From: Diplonema japonicum
Taxonomy: Eukaryota; Protista; Euglenozoa: Diplonemea
NCBI GenBank assembly: GCA_964019335.1
Contig: OZ025760.1
Coordinates: 1 to 64,000, forward strand
DNA: 64,000 nucleotides
Direction: 5' to 3'
Below are positions 52,995 through 64,000 of this stretch, piece by piece. The notes beneath the pieces were generated by a model. That model worked only from the letters and a program-made list of their open reading frames with translations, made no database searches and was not told where the DNA came from. Each line of letters starts with the position of its first letter. Position 1 is the stretch's first letter. The position numbers were made by a program, and so were the translations under genes.

Positions 52995-53362
52995 ATAATA
53001 AATAGCTATTTCTTATTCACTTTTATTTACTTCCAAGCTGCTTTCTGATTGTCCCCTCCCCCCCCCTTCTTTTTTTACTTGAACAGGTAAGACGTAAGAA
53101 AGTCATTCGAAAGCGGCTTGTCAATAAAAAAAATCTTTTTTTCATTTTTTTTTTTTTTTTTTTTTTGCTTTCACGGGCAAAGCGAGTGAAAGGAAAAGCA
53201 CTCGTTAAAAAGGTTAGAGGCCTCCCGAGTGAAATCCAATAAAATCTGATTTCTTTTTTTTTTCTTCATAAAATTGAATTTAGCTATTTCTTTCTTCTTT
53301 CCCGTTTTCTTTCTTTTTTTTTTTTTTTCCCCTTTTTTTTTCTTGAGATTTAGTTAAGAAAA

Positions 53363-53400
<38 letters not shown>

Positions 53401-53502
53401 CTATGATAGGAAACGAAGTGGTTGGCAACCCACAACGGCCCACAATATTAGAAAAAAAAAAAAAAAAAAAATAGCTATTTATTAAATGAAAATCAGATAG
53501 CC

Positions 53503-53607
53503 TGATTTCACTTGTGGGGTCCCCTTTTTGACTCGTTTTTTTACTTCACGAGCGAAGCGAGTGAAGTAAAAAAACGAGTCAAAAAGGGGACCCCACAAGT
53601 GAAATCA
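53503..53607. repeat. Perfect palindrome with 47-bp arms and an 11-nt centre GAGCGAAGCGA
   Basis: 53503-53549 is the exact reverse complement of 53561-53607. Confidence 0.96.
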
Positions 53608-53632
53608 TGCTCTGATTTTATTCAATACTGCA

Positions 53633-54167
53633 TTTTATTTAATGATGAGCTGCTCTCGAAAAGAATTTAGGTGCTAAGTGTGGCTTCGCTGCTGCCTGCT
53701 TGTAGCGGCGCAATGCGCGAGTCTTTACTGAACACGGTACTGGGTTTGGTATGATCAATTCGGCGAATTGATGTTGACGTTTATGTCAAACGTGATTCTG
53801 TGCACTGTTGAAGAAGTGGGCTGTGTCGAAGGGGGCAGGGCTGAAGGGGGCGTGGGTTTGATCGAGTGGTAGGTGCAAAACCTCTCCCACTCCTTCTTGT
53901 AGGCTATTTTGCTTGCCGTTGGAAGCATGTCTTCCATCACAGCTTTGGCCTCTTTCTCGAGGCTGATGCCCTTGGCTCGCTTCCCGGTCGCCTTCGGTTT
54001 TCTTCCTATTTTGCTAGAAATGACTGTGGGCGTGAAATAAAGTACCTGATTTTCACGCCCAGCAAAATCAGCAACGTTTGGCTTAAAAACATGAGGAAAA
54101 AATCAGATACTTTATTTATATCTTCCGGCCTAAATTCTTTGAGAGAGCTGCTCAGCATTAAATAAAA
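53633..54167 (-). mobile_element. Internally deleted Crypton-like (tyrosine recombinase) element fragment bounded by 39-bp inverted repeats
   Basis: Inverted repeats 53633-53671 / 54129-54167 (4 mismatches). The internal peptide EDMLPTASKIAYKKEWERFCTY resembles the N-terminal helix of Crypton-type recombinases. A small palindrome lies at 54027-54061. Confidence 0.45.
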
Positions 54168-55269
54168 ATAGAAATTTAGATAAAATAGTATTAGAGGAGA
54201 AAAAGAAGGAAGGAAACTTTTCTTTCTGCTTCAGTTTCGTTTTTCTTTTTCTTTTTTTCGTTTATGTCCTTTACCTCCTTTGGTGTTCTCGCTCTGTTAT
54301 TCTTTTCTCTTTTTTTTTTCTCTTTTCTGTTCTCTGGTTTATGCAAGACTAGGGTTGGCCTCCCCAAAATGCGAGTGCAGCAGCAGCCGAGCTTGTAAGG
54401 CCTAGAGATACGACACAGTGTTTATTCTCCCCCCCCCCCACAATGAGGTGAGAAAGAATGAAATGGAAGGAGTGATATATATAACTACTTTACTTACCGC
54501 CCCCCCCCCCCCCCCCCCCCCCTCCCCCAGACACTTCTTAATCTTTTTTTTTCTTACTACTTATTCTTTTAATCTTTCGTTCATCTTTTTTTTTTTTTGC
54601 TTGTTTGCTTTTTTTTTTCCCCCTCTTTTTTTTTTCTTTCTTGTTTCTTTTTAAAAAAAATCTTTTTTTCGAGTTTAAATTGTGGCAAATAACTAGCTTA
54701 ATGTCTAAAGCATCTTCTTTTCTTTCCCCCCTGGTGGGGGTGTGGAGTTAGACTCCAAAACGGGGGGGGGGGGGGGACGGGAAGGGAAACAACAGGGAAA
54801 GTAAGAAAAAAAGGGGGGGGGGGAAGTCGCACATCTTTCTTTCTTGCTTTTTATTTTTTATTTATTTTTTTTTTTTTGCGGAGGCAGTGGGTGTTGTTGG
54901 TGCCTTTCTTTTTATTTTGTTGCAGTGGCCGTAACACTTTTTTTTTTCTTTTTTTTTTCTTTCTCTTGAGTCATCTCGCGGGTTGTCACCATTACCTACC
55001 GAAGCAGGACCTGCTGTAGCCGATGAAGGACACTAGACCTTTTTTTTTTAAAAAAAAAATAAGCTAAGCGATGCCTAAACGAAGGGGCATGCTCAAAATT
55101 CTTCTTTTTTTTTTTATTGTTTTTTTCTCTCTCTTTTTACAGCTGGTGACAATCGGGATCTTATAATAAATAATAAATAATAATATAAAAAAAAAAGTGA
55201 TGGGTGGTATAAAGGGGGACAACAAAAGAGCAAAGAAAAAAAAAAAAAAGAAAAAGCAAACCTGTGAAC

Positions 55270-55456
55270 TCAGATCACAGTGTTCCTCCCCTTTCGCGGG
55301 GCCGGGGCATTGCTTTCCTTCTCATATTTCTTTTTTCTTTTTTTTTTTTTTTTCTTTTTTTTTTCCTGCCTCAATTTTAGAAAAGAATGGGGGGGAGGGA
55401 AAGAGAAAAGAAAAATCTGTTGTTGCGCACAAGCCGGGGGAATCAAAAAAAAAAAG

Positions 55457-55488
<32 letters not shown>

Positions 55489-55890
55489 ATAGAAGGATAA
55501 AAAAAATACCCCCCAGCAATAGCTAACCACTACTCTTCAAGGGAAAAAAAAGAAGAAAAAAAAAGAAAAAAAGAGAGAGAAAGAGTGAATCACTCAATCC
55601 TTCAGGGCGATACGAACTCTTTTCTTTAAAAAGAAAAAAAACTGGCCTGAGCAAAGTGTTTAAGCGCAATGGGCTGGGGGGGGACTTAATTCTTCCTCTT
55701 CCCCCCTCGCCCTGCTGTGTTTCTTTTTTTTTCTTCTTTTTTCAAAATAATGGAATCCATAAGAGTCCAAACCTCTGCCGGGGACACCTGCCCAGACAGC
55801 TGTCTTCTGATTGAAAGCCGTAGTTTCTTACGTTCCACGAACTGCCGGATGACCCAGGCTGCCGAGATTCCGTGTTTGGGCAGTTTGAGA
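55270..55890 (-). pseudogene. pogo/Tigger-like transposase N-terminal relic (CENP-B-type HTH end)
   Basis: ISAAWVIRQFVERKKLRLSIRRQLSGQVSP and the downstream APRKGRNTVI resemble S.GW...F..R..LS.RR...Q..P and ..KG.K.V. Confidence 0.4.
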
Positions 55891-55891
55891 A

Positions 55892-55926
<35 letters not shown>

Positions 55927-55991
55927 TTTTTTACCCACAATAGAACACTGGCTTTCCCAAATATATTTTGCAGAACAGCAATTAAAATCGG

Positions 55992-56037
<46 letters not shown>

Positions 56038-56840
56038 AGCAATGTGATTAGATTTACGTCCTCCGCGGAACAAATTTAAAAAAAAAAAAGATTAAAAAAA
56101 ACTAGACTTCTTGTTCAAACCGAAAAATATCCGTGTTAGAATTATATATTTTAGGAAAACCGTGATTGAAACAAAAAAAAGAGGGGGGGGGGAAGGAAGA
56201 GATTAAATTCGCAGCCCTTCCTGCTTAGAAAACATTCTCTGAAGAAGGAAAAGAAGAAGAAGAAAAAAAAAAGAGACATTTACCTAAAAAAGAAGAGGGG
56301 AAAAAAAAGAGGGGAATGGGTAGTGGTAAGAATGCGAAAGAGCACGAGAAATAGAAGGGAGCAGGGGGGGGAGATCAAAAAGAAAAATAATTTCAAACAC
56401 AAAAGTTTCGGCTCTGTTTTTTGTGGGGGGGGAATCGCAAATTGGACGGTGTGGGCAAAAAAAAGGGGGGGGGGGGAGAAGTAGTTTTACCATAATGGCC
56501 ATAAAATAAAGTGGAAGAGAACAGAAAAAAAAAACCTCTTTTCTTTTTTTTTCAATACCGCTATTGAAAAAAAAAAAGAAATGTCGATTTATGTTTCTGT
56601 TTCTTTTTTTTTTTTTTTTTTGCTATTTTTTTTTTTTTATATATATATATAGAGTTTTTCGCTGGGATGTTGTTATGTTTCACACCTAGTAGCTGGCCAT
56701 CTCCCTTACTAACTTAGTTTATCACACCCTTTTTTCTTTCATATCTTTCTTTTTTCTTTTTTTTTTTTTTTTTTTTTTTTTTTCCCCTGTTGTCCCATTC
56801 TTTTTTTCTCCCGGGAGAAAAAAAAAATTTGGATTTCATG

Positions 56841-56877
<37 letters not shown>

Positions 56878-57266
56878 AGAGAAAGAAAAACATGAAATAA
56901 AAGGCTTGCTTTTGTTTGTTTTACTTTTCCTCTTCTGAGAGGTGACTACTGGTTCAAATGATGTGACATAGCTTTTGATTTTTGGAGAGGGGGGGAAAAA
57001 AAAAAAGAAAAAAAAATGTGACTGGGGTGACCCCAGTTGATTCATGACCAAAAAAAAAGAGGAAAAAAGAAAATACCCCCATCTTTTTTTTTTTTTAACT
57101 GGGTACTTGGGTTAATAAATCGTTACACCCCCCCTTTTTTTTTATAATTTCTTTTTTTTTTTTGCAGGTACATTGTTTGCTGTTTCTTCTTTCCGCTTTT
57201 TCGTTCTTGGGAAGGAGGAGGGAGAGGAAAAGTCTTCTTCTTCTTTTTTTTTTTTTTTTTTTTTTT

Positions 57267-59642
57267 TCACGCGAAACCAGTCTCAGAAATCACCCTAAGG
57301 TAAGGCAAAGAAAGGTTCGGGTTCGCTGCAAGAAAAGAGTTCCAGTAAATAGCAGCCGCATTATTCGGCGCAGTAGAAAGAACCTGCGTAATCATGGAGG
57401 ACACCATGTGTACAGAGGTATTCTCGTCAGTAAGCAGGGTAATGGCTGGGGTGGTCTTATCGTCACTGTTCTTGTTAAGCTCCTCCAGTTGGTACATCCA
57501 CTCCCCAGATGTCATAGCATCTCCAGTACCAAGAATCTCTTCAATAAGCACCTTTTTGATTCTCCCACCAGGCAGTGACAGCGATACGTGATCAACTACT
57601 TGCCTGTTGAAGGTCAAAGCCGCGCCTTGTGTGACAAGGATACCTACACCCATATGCTTGCTCAGAACTGCTAAGGTTTTCGCCATGTACTCCCTCACCT
57701 GGCACACTACCAACGAGCTGAAATGGCCCGATGTCACCATGCCCACCTTTCCTGTGCCAGATGAGACCCCACAGTGTACTTTGCATGATTTTGCTATTTC
57801 ATAAGCGCATCGGCCGGCGAGGACCTCATGTTGAGATATTCTAATGAGGCCTCCAAATGTTACAACACCCCAGCCATCGCCCATGTGGTACACAGAGCCT
57901 CTGTGGTTATCTGCCGCGGAGATAAGCTTGTGGAGGACAGTAGTGATGTTTGCCTCGGCGGTGTCCCAGATAAGGTGCAGGACGGAGTGCGGTTTTGTGT
58001 TCCGCCCTTCGTACATCTTCGACAGGATGTCCTTCGCCTTTGTCGCACCTCCCGTAGCAGCGGTGTTGACTATACCCTCTTTTGTTGTTTTTGACGCACT
58101 TGTCTTTGTAGCGGATGATCTGCTCCTCACCGACCCGCTTTCAGAATGCGTTTTCCTTGTAGTCTGTGCACCGTCATCCGAACCAGAATCAGATGTTTCA
58201 TGTATTTTGAACAGTTCAGCGGGCATGATCTTCCTGTACTCGATTAGGTACTTTGAAAGTTCCAGGAACTCCAAGCGTAACGCGGTGACCTCCGATATCC
58301 CGATACCTCTGCCTGGGTTGGGGTCCATGTTGAAGTTCATCGAAGCCGCGGAACGGAGATCGCCGAGAAGCTGCGCCAACGGGCGTGACAGAAGAAGAAC
58401 CTCTGTGAAACCTAGGATTAGATCGGACGCAAACACAATACACACAAACACAATGACAAGCACGAGAGCCTTGTTGATGTCCTTCACAGATTCGTCCTTG
58501 TCGCGGACCCACATGGCGTCTATACCAAGGACGGAACCATCGCTGTTGTCATGAGTGAAGAGGATTGTCCTCCAGACAAGAAGGCTGCCCACTTCTTGCA
58601 TCGAGTCGAACAGTTTTGTATCGTTGGTAGCGTTCCACGCTGACGAGATGGCGTTGCCTAGGAACCCGATTGCCTTGGTGCACGTTAGGGAATCGTCGAA
58701 TGCGTTTTCTCTTTCGTTGCCGCAGTGCGGTGCGAGAGAGACGTTCTTCCTGCTGGTTCCTACAAGTTGAGATGTCTTTCTGATCCCGATTAAAAACTCC
58801 GCCTTCGACTGCAAAGAACCGACCAACGGTGTGATCTTGTCCTGCCAATCCGCAAACGAAATACAAATGATGTTCATCGTGCTGTACCTCCCGTAGTCTG
58901 ACGCGAAGATCTCTGTTCCCGGCGGCGGTTTGGCACGTCTCTCGTGACACGTGAATGAGAAAAAACCCCCAACACCCTTCCAAATTGACGCACTGCCAAA
59001 CACATTATGATCAGGCCCCTTCGGCTGCGGTGGTAAGTTCGGGTAGTTAAAACCCCAACTTATAGGGCGCGCCGTCACCGGGTGGGAAATATACGCCCTA
59101 GCACCAGTAAACGTAGTAGCATTGTTGAACGGGGCAAGCGTCTGATTGGTCAGATCACGATACTCCTTCGGAAGGTAAGGAAGCAGGTTTGACTCTGACT
59201 GTTCATTAAGCCAGAGATATGTTGAAACAAGTACCTTCCCTCCTCCGGGTAAGTAATCTGTGTGAGCGTGGGTTGTAAACATTTTTGGTCCATCTGGGTT
59301 AAACATTATATCGTCGTACGCAGGCCATGTGATGACAGCCATGAGGTCAGGGTGGGAGGAAAGGTACCTCATTGTCTCTGGGAGGAACCATTGGAATTGT
59401 TCCTCGAAGGTTCTGTTTGTGAACAGCCACTGGTTGTCCAGCCACGCGATACCCGTCTCTTCCTCCTTGAACACTGTCTTGAAAGGACCCATCATTTCGT
59501 TGATGGTGGTGGCCGCGACGTCTTTCTGAATTTCTCTTACGGCAGCAGAACTTTCCAGGTATAGGATTAAACCGCCAATGATTGATACAGAGGTGGAAAT
59601 GATGGTCGTGAGGACCACCACGAGGTGAATTGGCAGTTGCAT
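57267..59642 (-). CDS. Two-TM receptor-type protein with a degenerate class III adenylate/guanylate cyclase-like domain
   Basis: N-terminal TM, large ectodomain, second TM, HAMP-like SRPL..L...ISEV..L...EYRKIMP, then HRGSVYHMGDG...HCGVSSG...G.V...EWMYQL. Confidence 0.75.
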   Translation of the reverse strand: MQLPIHLVVVLTTIISTSVSIIGGLILYLESSAAVREIQKDVAATTINEMMGPFKTVFKEEETGIAWLDNQWLFTNRTFEEQFQWFLPETMRYLSSHPDLMAVITWPAYDDIMFNPDGPKMFTTHAHTDYLPGGGKVLVSTYLWLNEQSESNLLPYLPKEYRDLTNQTLAPFNNATTFTGARAYISHPVTARPISWGFNYPNLPPQPKGPDHNVFGSASIWKGVGGFFSFTCHERRAKPPPGTEIFASDYGRYSTMNIICISFADWQDKITPLVGSLQSKAEFLIGIRKTSQLVGTSRKNVSLAPHCGNERENAFDDSLTCTKAIGFLGNAISSAWNATNDTKLFDSMQEVGSLLVWRTILFTHDNSDGSVLGIDAMWVRDKDESVKDINKALVLVIVFVCIVFASDLILGFTEVLLLSRPLAQLLGDLRSAASMNFNMDPNPGRGIGISEVTALRLEFLELSKYLIEYRKIMPAELFKIHETSDSGSDDGAQTTRKTHSESGSVRSRSSATKTSASKTTKEGIVNTAATGGATKAKDILSKMYEGRNTKPHSVLHLIWDTAEANITTVLHKLISAADNHRGSVYHMGDGWGVVTFGGLIRISQHEVLAGRCAYEIAKSCKVHCGVSSGTGKVGMVTSGHFSSLVVCQVREYMAKTLAVLSKHMGVGILVTQGAALTFNRQVVDHVSLSLPGGRIKKVLIEEILGTGDAMTSGEWMYQLEELNKNSDDKTTPAITLLTDENTSVHMVSSMITQVLSTAPNNAAAIYWNSFLAANPNLSLPYLRVISETGFA

Positions 59643-59649
59643 TTTTTTT

Positions 59650-59682
<33 letters not shown>

Positions 59683-60514
59683 GGGGACAAAGTAAAAAAA
59701 ATTAATAAAAAAAAAAAAAAAAAAAAAAAAAACAAAAACAAAATACTCGTGCAAAAGAGATTTTGCTTAAATTCTTTCTTTTTTATTTTTTGGGAGGGGG
59801 GGAAGAGAATAAAAAAGAAAAATAAAACAAAACCACCGGAAAAAAAAAAATCTTTTTTTTTGTGAAATACCCCTCCTTTTTTAAGTTCCTTAGTTAATTA
59901 CCTTTTGGTTTAACCGAAACTTCAAAAAAAAAAAAAGAAAAAAAAAGAGATGAGATTTAAAAAAAAAAGAAAAAGGAGGCTGTAGAACTGTCTCCTTTTT
60001 TTTCGTCTCAAGTATCTATACCTCCCCCCCCCCCCCTTTTTTTGTTTGCCCTTCTTAAAATCTTTTACAAAAAACTTTTTCTCGTTTTTTTTTCCTTGTT
60101 TACTTAAACCATTCACCATGTTGTTTTCAGGGTGCTCTTCTGTCCACGAACCTGTATGTTTCTTTCTTACCCACCTCTCCCCCCTTTTTTTTTATTGTAC
60201 ATTGATGGAGGTATTCTGCTTTCTCTCTTTTTTCTTTTTTTCTTCTTTTTTTTTTGTCACTCTTGCTGGAAGTTGTTTTCTAGCGACTTGAAGAGCGTAA
60301 GACACCAAAGAATCTAAACACGAAATAAAAAAAAAAAAAGAAAAGAAAAGAATAGGATCCGTTTATTTTCTTTTTTTCTTTTCCGCCCCCTTAAAAATAT
60401 ACCCCACACGAAAAAAAAAAAAAGAAAAAAAAATATCCGGAAAAGTAACCTTCTAATTCTTCATCCAGGTTCCCCCCTTTTTTTTCTTCTTCTTTTTTTC
60501 TTTTAATCCTTCCC

Positions 60515-60552
<38 letters not shown>

Positions 60553-60773
60553 CTTTTGCTTGCTTGTTCAAAGAACTGCTTTTTGCATGGTGTTACAAAG
60601 GAATGGATGAAAAGAAGAAAAAGAGAAAAGAAGAAGAAGAAAAAAAAAAAGGAGGAAACGAGGGATAGGGGAAGGGGAAACTGAAACCCATATTTAGCAG
60701 AAGAATGGACGGGGGGGGGGGGGGGATGTGTGTGATTGCTAAATCTACGGAGGTCAATCTATTTCAAAAACTT

Positions 60774-60805
<32 letters not shown>

Positions 60806-61628
60806 TTTTTTTTTAGAAGTTTAAAAGTTTAACGGTCTTTCCCTCCCCCACCTTCTTCTCCTTTCCCAAAGGCCAGACTGCTTTACGAAAATGGAAGGCA
60901 ACAGGAAGAAAGGGAAGGGGGAAAAAAAAAAAAAAAAGTCACATTTAAGCAACAAACAAGAAACAAGAAAAATCTCTTTGAGCTTACCACCTTCCTTTCC
61001 TCCCTTCTCTCCCACATCAACCACAAGGCCGAACATGAATGAGAATCCCCCCCCTCCTTTTTATATTCCTTTTTGCTGTTGTAGTATTTAGTGTGTTTTA
61101 CTTTTCTTTTTTTTTTTTCTTTCTTTTCTTTTTTCTTCCAGAGGGAGGGGTGCTATATTGTTTTAAATCCTCTTTTTTTTTCCCCCTCTTCTTCTTTCCA
61201 CTATAAAAAAAAGGGGTGTGTGTGCGTGAGTGTGTTTGTGTGTCTGAAGATAAATAAAAAAAAATAAATAAATAAAATGAACGGGATTATCAACAAAGAA
61301 AGAGGAACAGACATTGTGGAGGGGGGGGGGGGGGGGGATCACTCTCCTTTTAAAATCCTGTAAGAACTGGCCCTCCCTACCATTTTTCTCCTTTTTTTTG
61401 ATCCCCCTTCTTCCCCTCTATCCCCCCGTCTTCTTCCACAACCGGTACACGATTAACAAAAATTAATGTGAGGGGAGAGAAGAAAAAAAAAGGGGGAGAG
61501 GATGAGAGAAAGAGCAAAACACATGTAACATAATCACGGTTTGTCTAGCTTAAAAGAAACTCGCGATGGGAGGAGGGGGTGATCTATGAATTCTTTCTTT
61601 TTTTTTTTTTTTTTTTTTATTAATATCC

Positions 61629-61768
61629 CTACTGCTGTGCCTCTCCCCGTTCCACATTTCTCTGCAACGAACTATGGAGGCTCCTGAGCTGTGGGGCGAA
61701 CTTGGGATTGGCAGCCGGCCTTGCCTGCTTTATCAACGCAAGACCCTCGTCATAACTAAATTTTGTGC

Positions 61769-61820
<52 letters not shown>

Positions 61821-62657
61821 CCGAGCATACTCCAGCCCCTTGTACATCATCAAGTAAGCAATAATACTGCTTACTGACCGGGAAATGCCTTGCTTACAGT
61901 GGACAAGAATCCTGTAGACAAATTTTTTTTTTCTTTTCTTTTTTCTTTTTTCTTTTTTCTTTTTTCCTACACACCTAAACCCTCTACTCAAACACTCGTG
62001 AATCAAGGTGCCGATGGTGGAAAAAGGGATGTTGTCCGTCCCGTTGTCGCAAAAGGGGTAGTTGTAGAAGTTGATTTCAGGTGGGTAGGTGGGCGGCCCC
62101 CCGAACACAGTGTACCTCATAATGGAGATGATGGTTGTGTAGCCCCACAGTTTGATGTTTGCAGGGGTGGCGTGCTCCATGGAGCCCACCCAGAGGTTTG
62201 TAAGGACTTCGCCAGGCGGGCCGAAGAAGAGCAGTTGTTTCCTTTCGTTTGCGGGGAACTTTATAATGGAGTTTAAGGCTTCTTGTGGAGGTGACGTGGT
62301 GCACGGTTTTGAAGCAGTTGTGTTGGCTCTCTCGAGGGTTCTGGACGGGGGCCTTGGTGGCACTACTGCCGATGGTTCCTTTCTTCCCAAGAGGCCGCAT
62401 GCTGGCTGAAGTTTGTGCGATCTTATCTGTTGGACAGAAGGCGGTGGGATGCCTCTGCACCACCCCGTCCCCCATCCTGCGTTGTCCTTCCCCAACCCAT
62501 GCCTGAAGCCCCCTGTTACCGTCCGACTTCGCAGCCCGCCCTTTCTCGGTCCTGCTGACCGTGTCTTAGCCCTCCTCACTGGCGACGACCTCTGCCCTAC
62601 CTCAGACGCACGCCGTGGCCGTTCGATGGTTACTACCGATGCTTGCGCTTCTTCCAT
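61629..62657 (-). CDS. Dual-specificity protein phosphatase with two A-rich introns (61756-61830, 61912-61974)
   Basis: EVLTNLWVGS, PFCD, ILVHCKQGISRSVSSIIAYLM, ARPAANP. The poly-Lys tracts in the ORF track are GT-AG introns. Confidence 0.9.
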
Positions 62658-62696
62658 GAAATGGGATTGCGGGGGAAGAAATGGCCACCCGCTCTG

Positions 62697-62757
<61 letters not shown>

Positions 62758-62864
62758 AGGCGGGGGTAAAGGGAGGATAAAAAAAAAAAAAAAAAACAAC
62801 AAAAATTCTAATTTTTTTTTTTTTTTTATCTGTACACGATTTTTTTCTTTTTTTTTCTTCTAAA

Positions 62865-63722
62865 TTACACCCTCCTGACAGCCCCGCCGTCACCCAGCGC
62901 TGTGTTCAGATGGTTCAGAATCCGTGAAAAGCTCTCCAGCTGTTCCGGCGGCGGCGACATCTCAAGCAGCACCTCTCTAGCAGAAGCAACTGCTGTCTCC
63001 TTGGAGTGGATGGAGGCGGCGAGTGTGGCGTGCTCTGATGTTAGGGTGCTGATGTTGCCCTCCATCTTGCAGCGTATCTGGTTCACCCGCAGCTCCGTTT
63101 CTTCAGAAAGCTGGCGCATCACCTCAAGGGAGTGGTCCTGCACACCCTTCAGGCGTGAAGTGTGTTCGGCTTTGAGCTCAGCCATCTGTTCTTGGTGGCG
63201 ATCTTCAAGTGCTGTTTGAGCACGCCGTGCTGCTTCTATCATAGCTGTTTGCACTCTCTGTGGGTCATCTACAGAATCGAGAAGGTTTTGAAGCCTGCAC
63301 TTTAACTGGTCGTTTTCTTTCACCAGGTTTGTCACCATCTCTTCTGTTTCTTTCTTGAACTCGACATAGATCTTTTCCTGTTCACAATGGTTTTCCAACA
63401 GCTTTGTCTTGTAGCTCTTCTGCTTTTCCATTACCAAATTCTCCGCGGCGCCGGTGACCGACTCCAGCTCCCTGCTCCACTCCATCCTTTTCTGCACCAT
63501 CTCCTTCTGTATCTTCTCCACCTCCTTGGCCCTTGCTTCTTCCCGTTCCCTTCCTTTATTTCGTTCGCCTTCCAGCGCCTCCGTGAACACCTCCTTTAGT
63601 TTTTGTTTCTCTTCCCCTAGGCTTTTCACCATCATCTTCAGCCTTTGAATCTCACGGAGGGCACCCCCTAAGGTGGCAGGGGGCACACTTGATACATACG
63701 GTGCTAAGCCCAACGCATCCAT
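62865..63722 (-). CDS. Coiled-coil hypothetical protein
   Basis: 285-aa Glu/Lys-rich ORF with heptad character. Confidence 0.7.
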   Translation of the reverse strand: MDALGLAPYVSSVPPATLGGALREIQRLKMMVKSLGEEKQKLKEVFTEALEGERNKGREREEARAKEVEKIQKEMVQKRMEWSRELESVTGAAENLVMEKQKSYKTKLLENHCEQEKIYVEFKKETEEMVTNLVKENDQLKCRLQNLLDSVDDPQRVQTAMIEAARRAQTALEDRHQEQMAELKAEHTSRLKGVQDHSLEVMRQLSEETELRVNQIRCKMEGNISTLTSEHATLAASIHSKETAVASAREVLLEMSPPPEQLESFSRILNHLNTALGDGGAVRRV

Positions 63723-64000
63723 TTCCCCCCCTTTTTTTTTTTTTTTTTCCGTTCCTAAATGTGAATAAAGGGGCGGGAATTTAAAAAAAAAAAAAAAAAA
63801 AAGAGTTTTTGGTAATCAGTGAACAGAGGGTTCTTCTTTGACGCAACATGAGAGGTTGCACAGGGGGTGCCGTGCCTCTTAGTTTTCGGATTTATCTTGC
63901 AACTCCTCATCAAGCAAGGGGGGAAGGGAGGGGGAAGGGGGAGAAGTAAAAATATCGATACATCTTCTTTTTTTTTCTTTTTCTCTTCTTCTGGTGTGAA

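Overview
Eukaryotic nuclear DNA, almost certainly from a diplonemid (Euglenozoa). Two genomic copies of a diplonemid-type spliced-leader (SL) exon are present, essentially every gene lies on the minus strand, and introns are short (34-75 nt) GT-AG. About 17 host genes were recognised, including a vWA surface protein, an ELAPOR-like protein, PRP38, a CFAP161/calcyphosin fusion, PH-PTEN, a globin-PH-CAP-Gly-AGC kinase, PIMT, a cyclase-like receptor and a dual-specificity phosphatase, plus one tRNA-Ile(AAT). Mobile DNA includes an intact APE-RT-RNaseH LINE just upstream of the tRNA, a TTAA/TIR-bounded piggyBac relic, and a homopolymer-eroded transposon graveyard with Crypton-like GCGAAGC hairpins. 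The most striking structure is 1-4064, which appears to be two nested retroelements that each begin with a genomically encoded SL exon. The first is a LINE (pseudo-OTU/gag-like ORF1, then an in-frame UGA and a 2A-like motif). It is cut exactly at the 2A motif by a ~1.45-kb RT-less unit: SL - AlkB dioxygenase - (GCAAACCC)n tail. A ~410-nt highly structured intergenic segment (8360-8770) is a candidate ncRNA. All domain calls come from motif recognition by eye; no database searches or folding programs were run.
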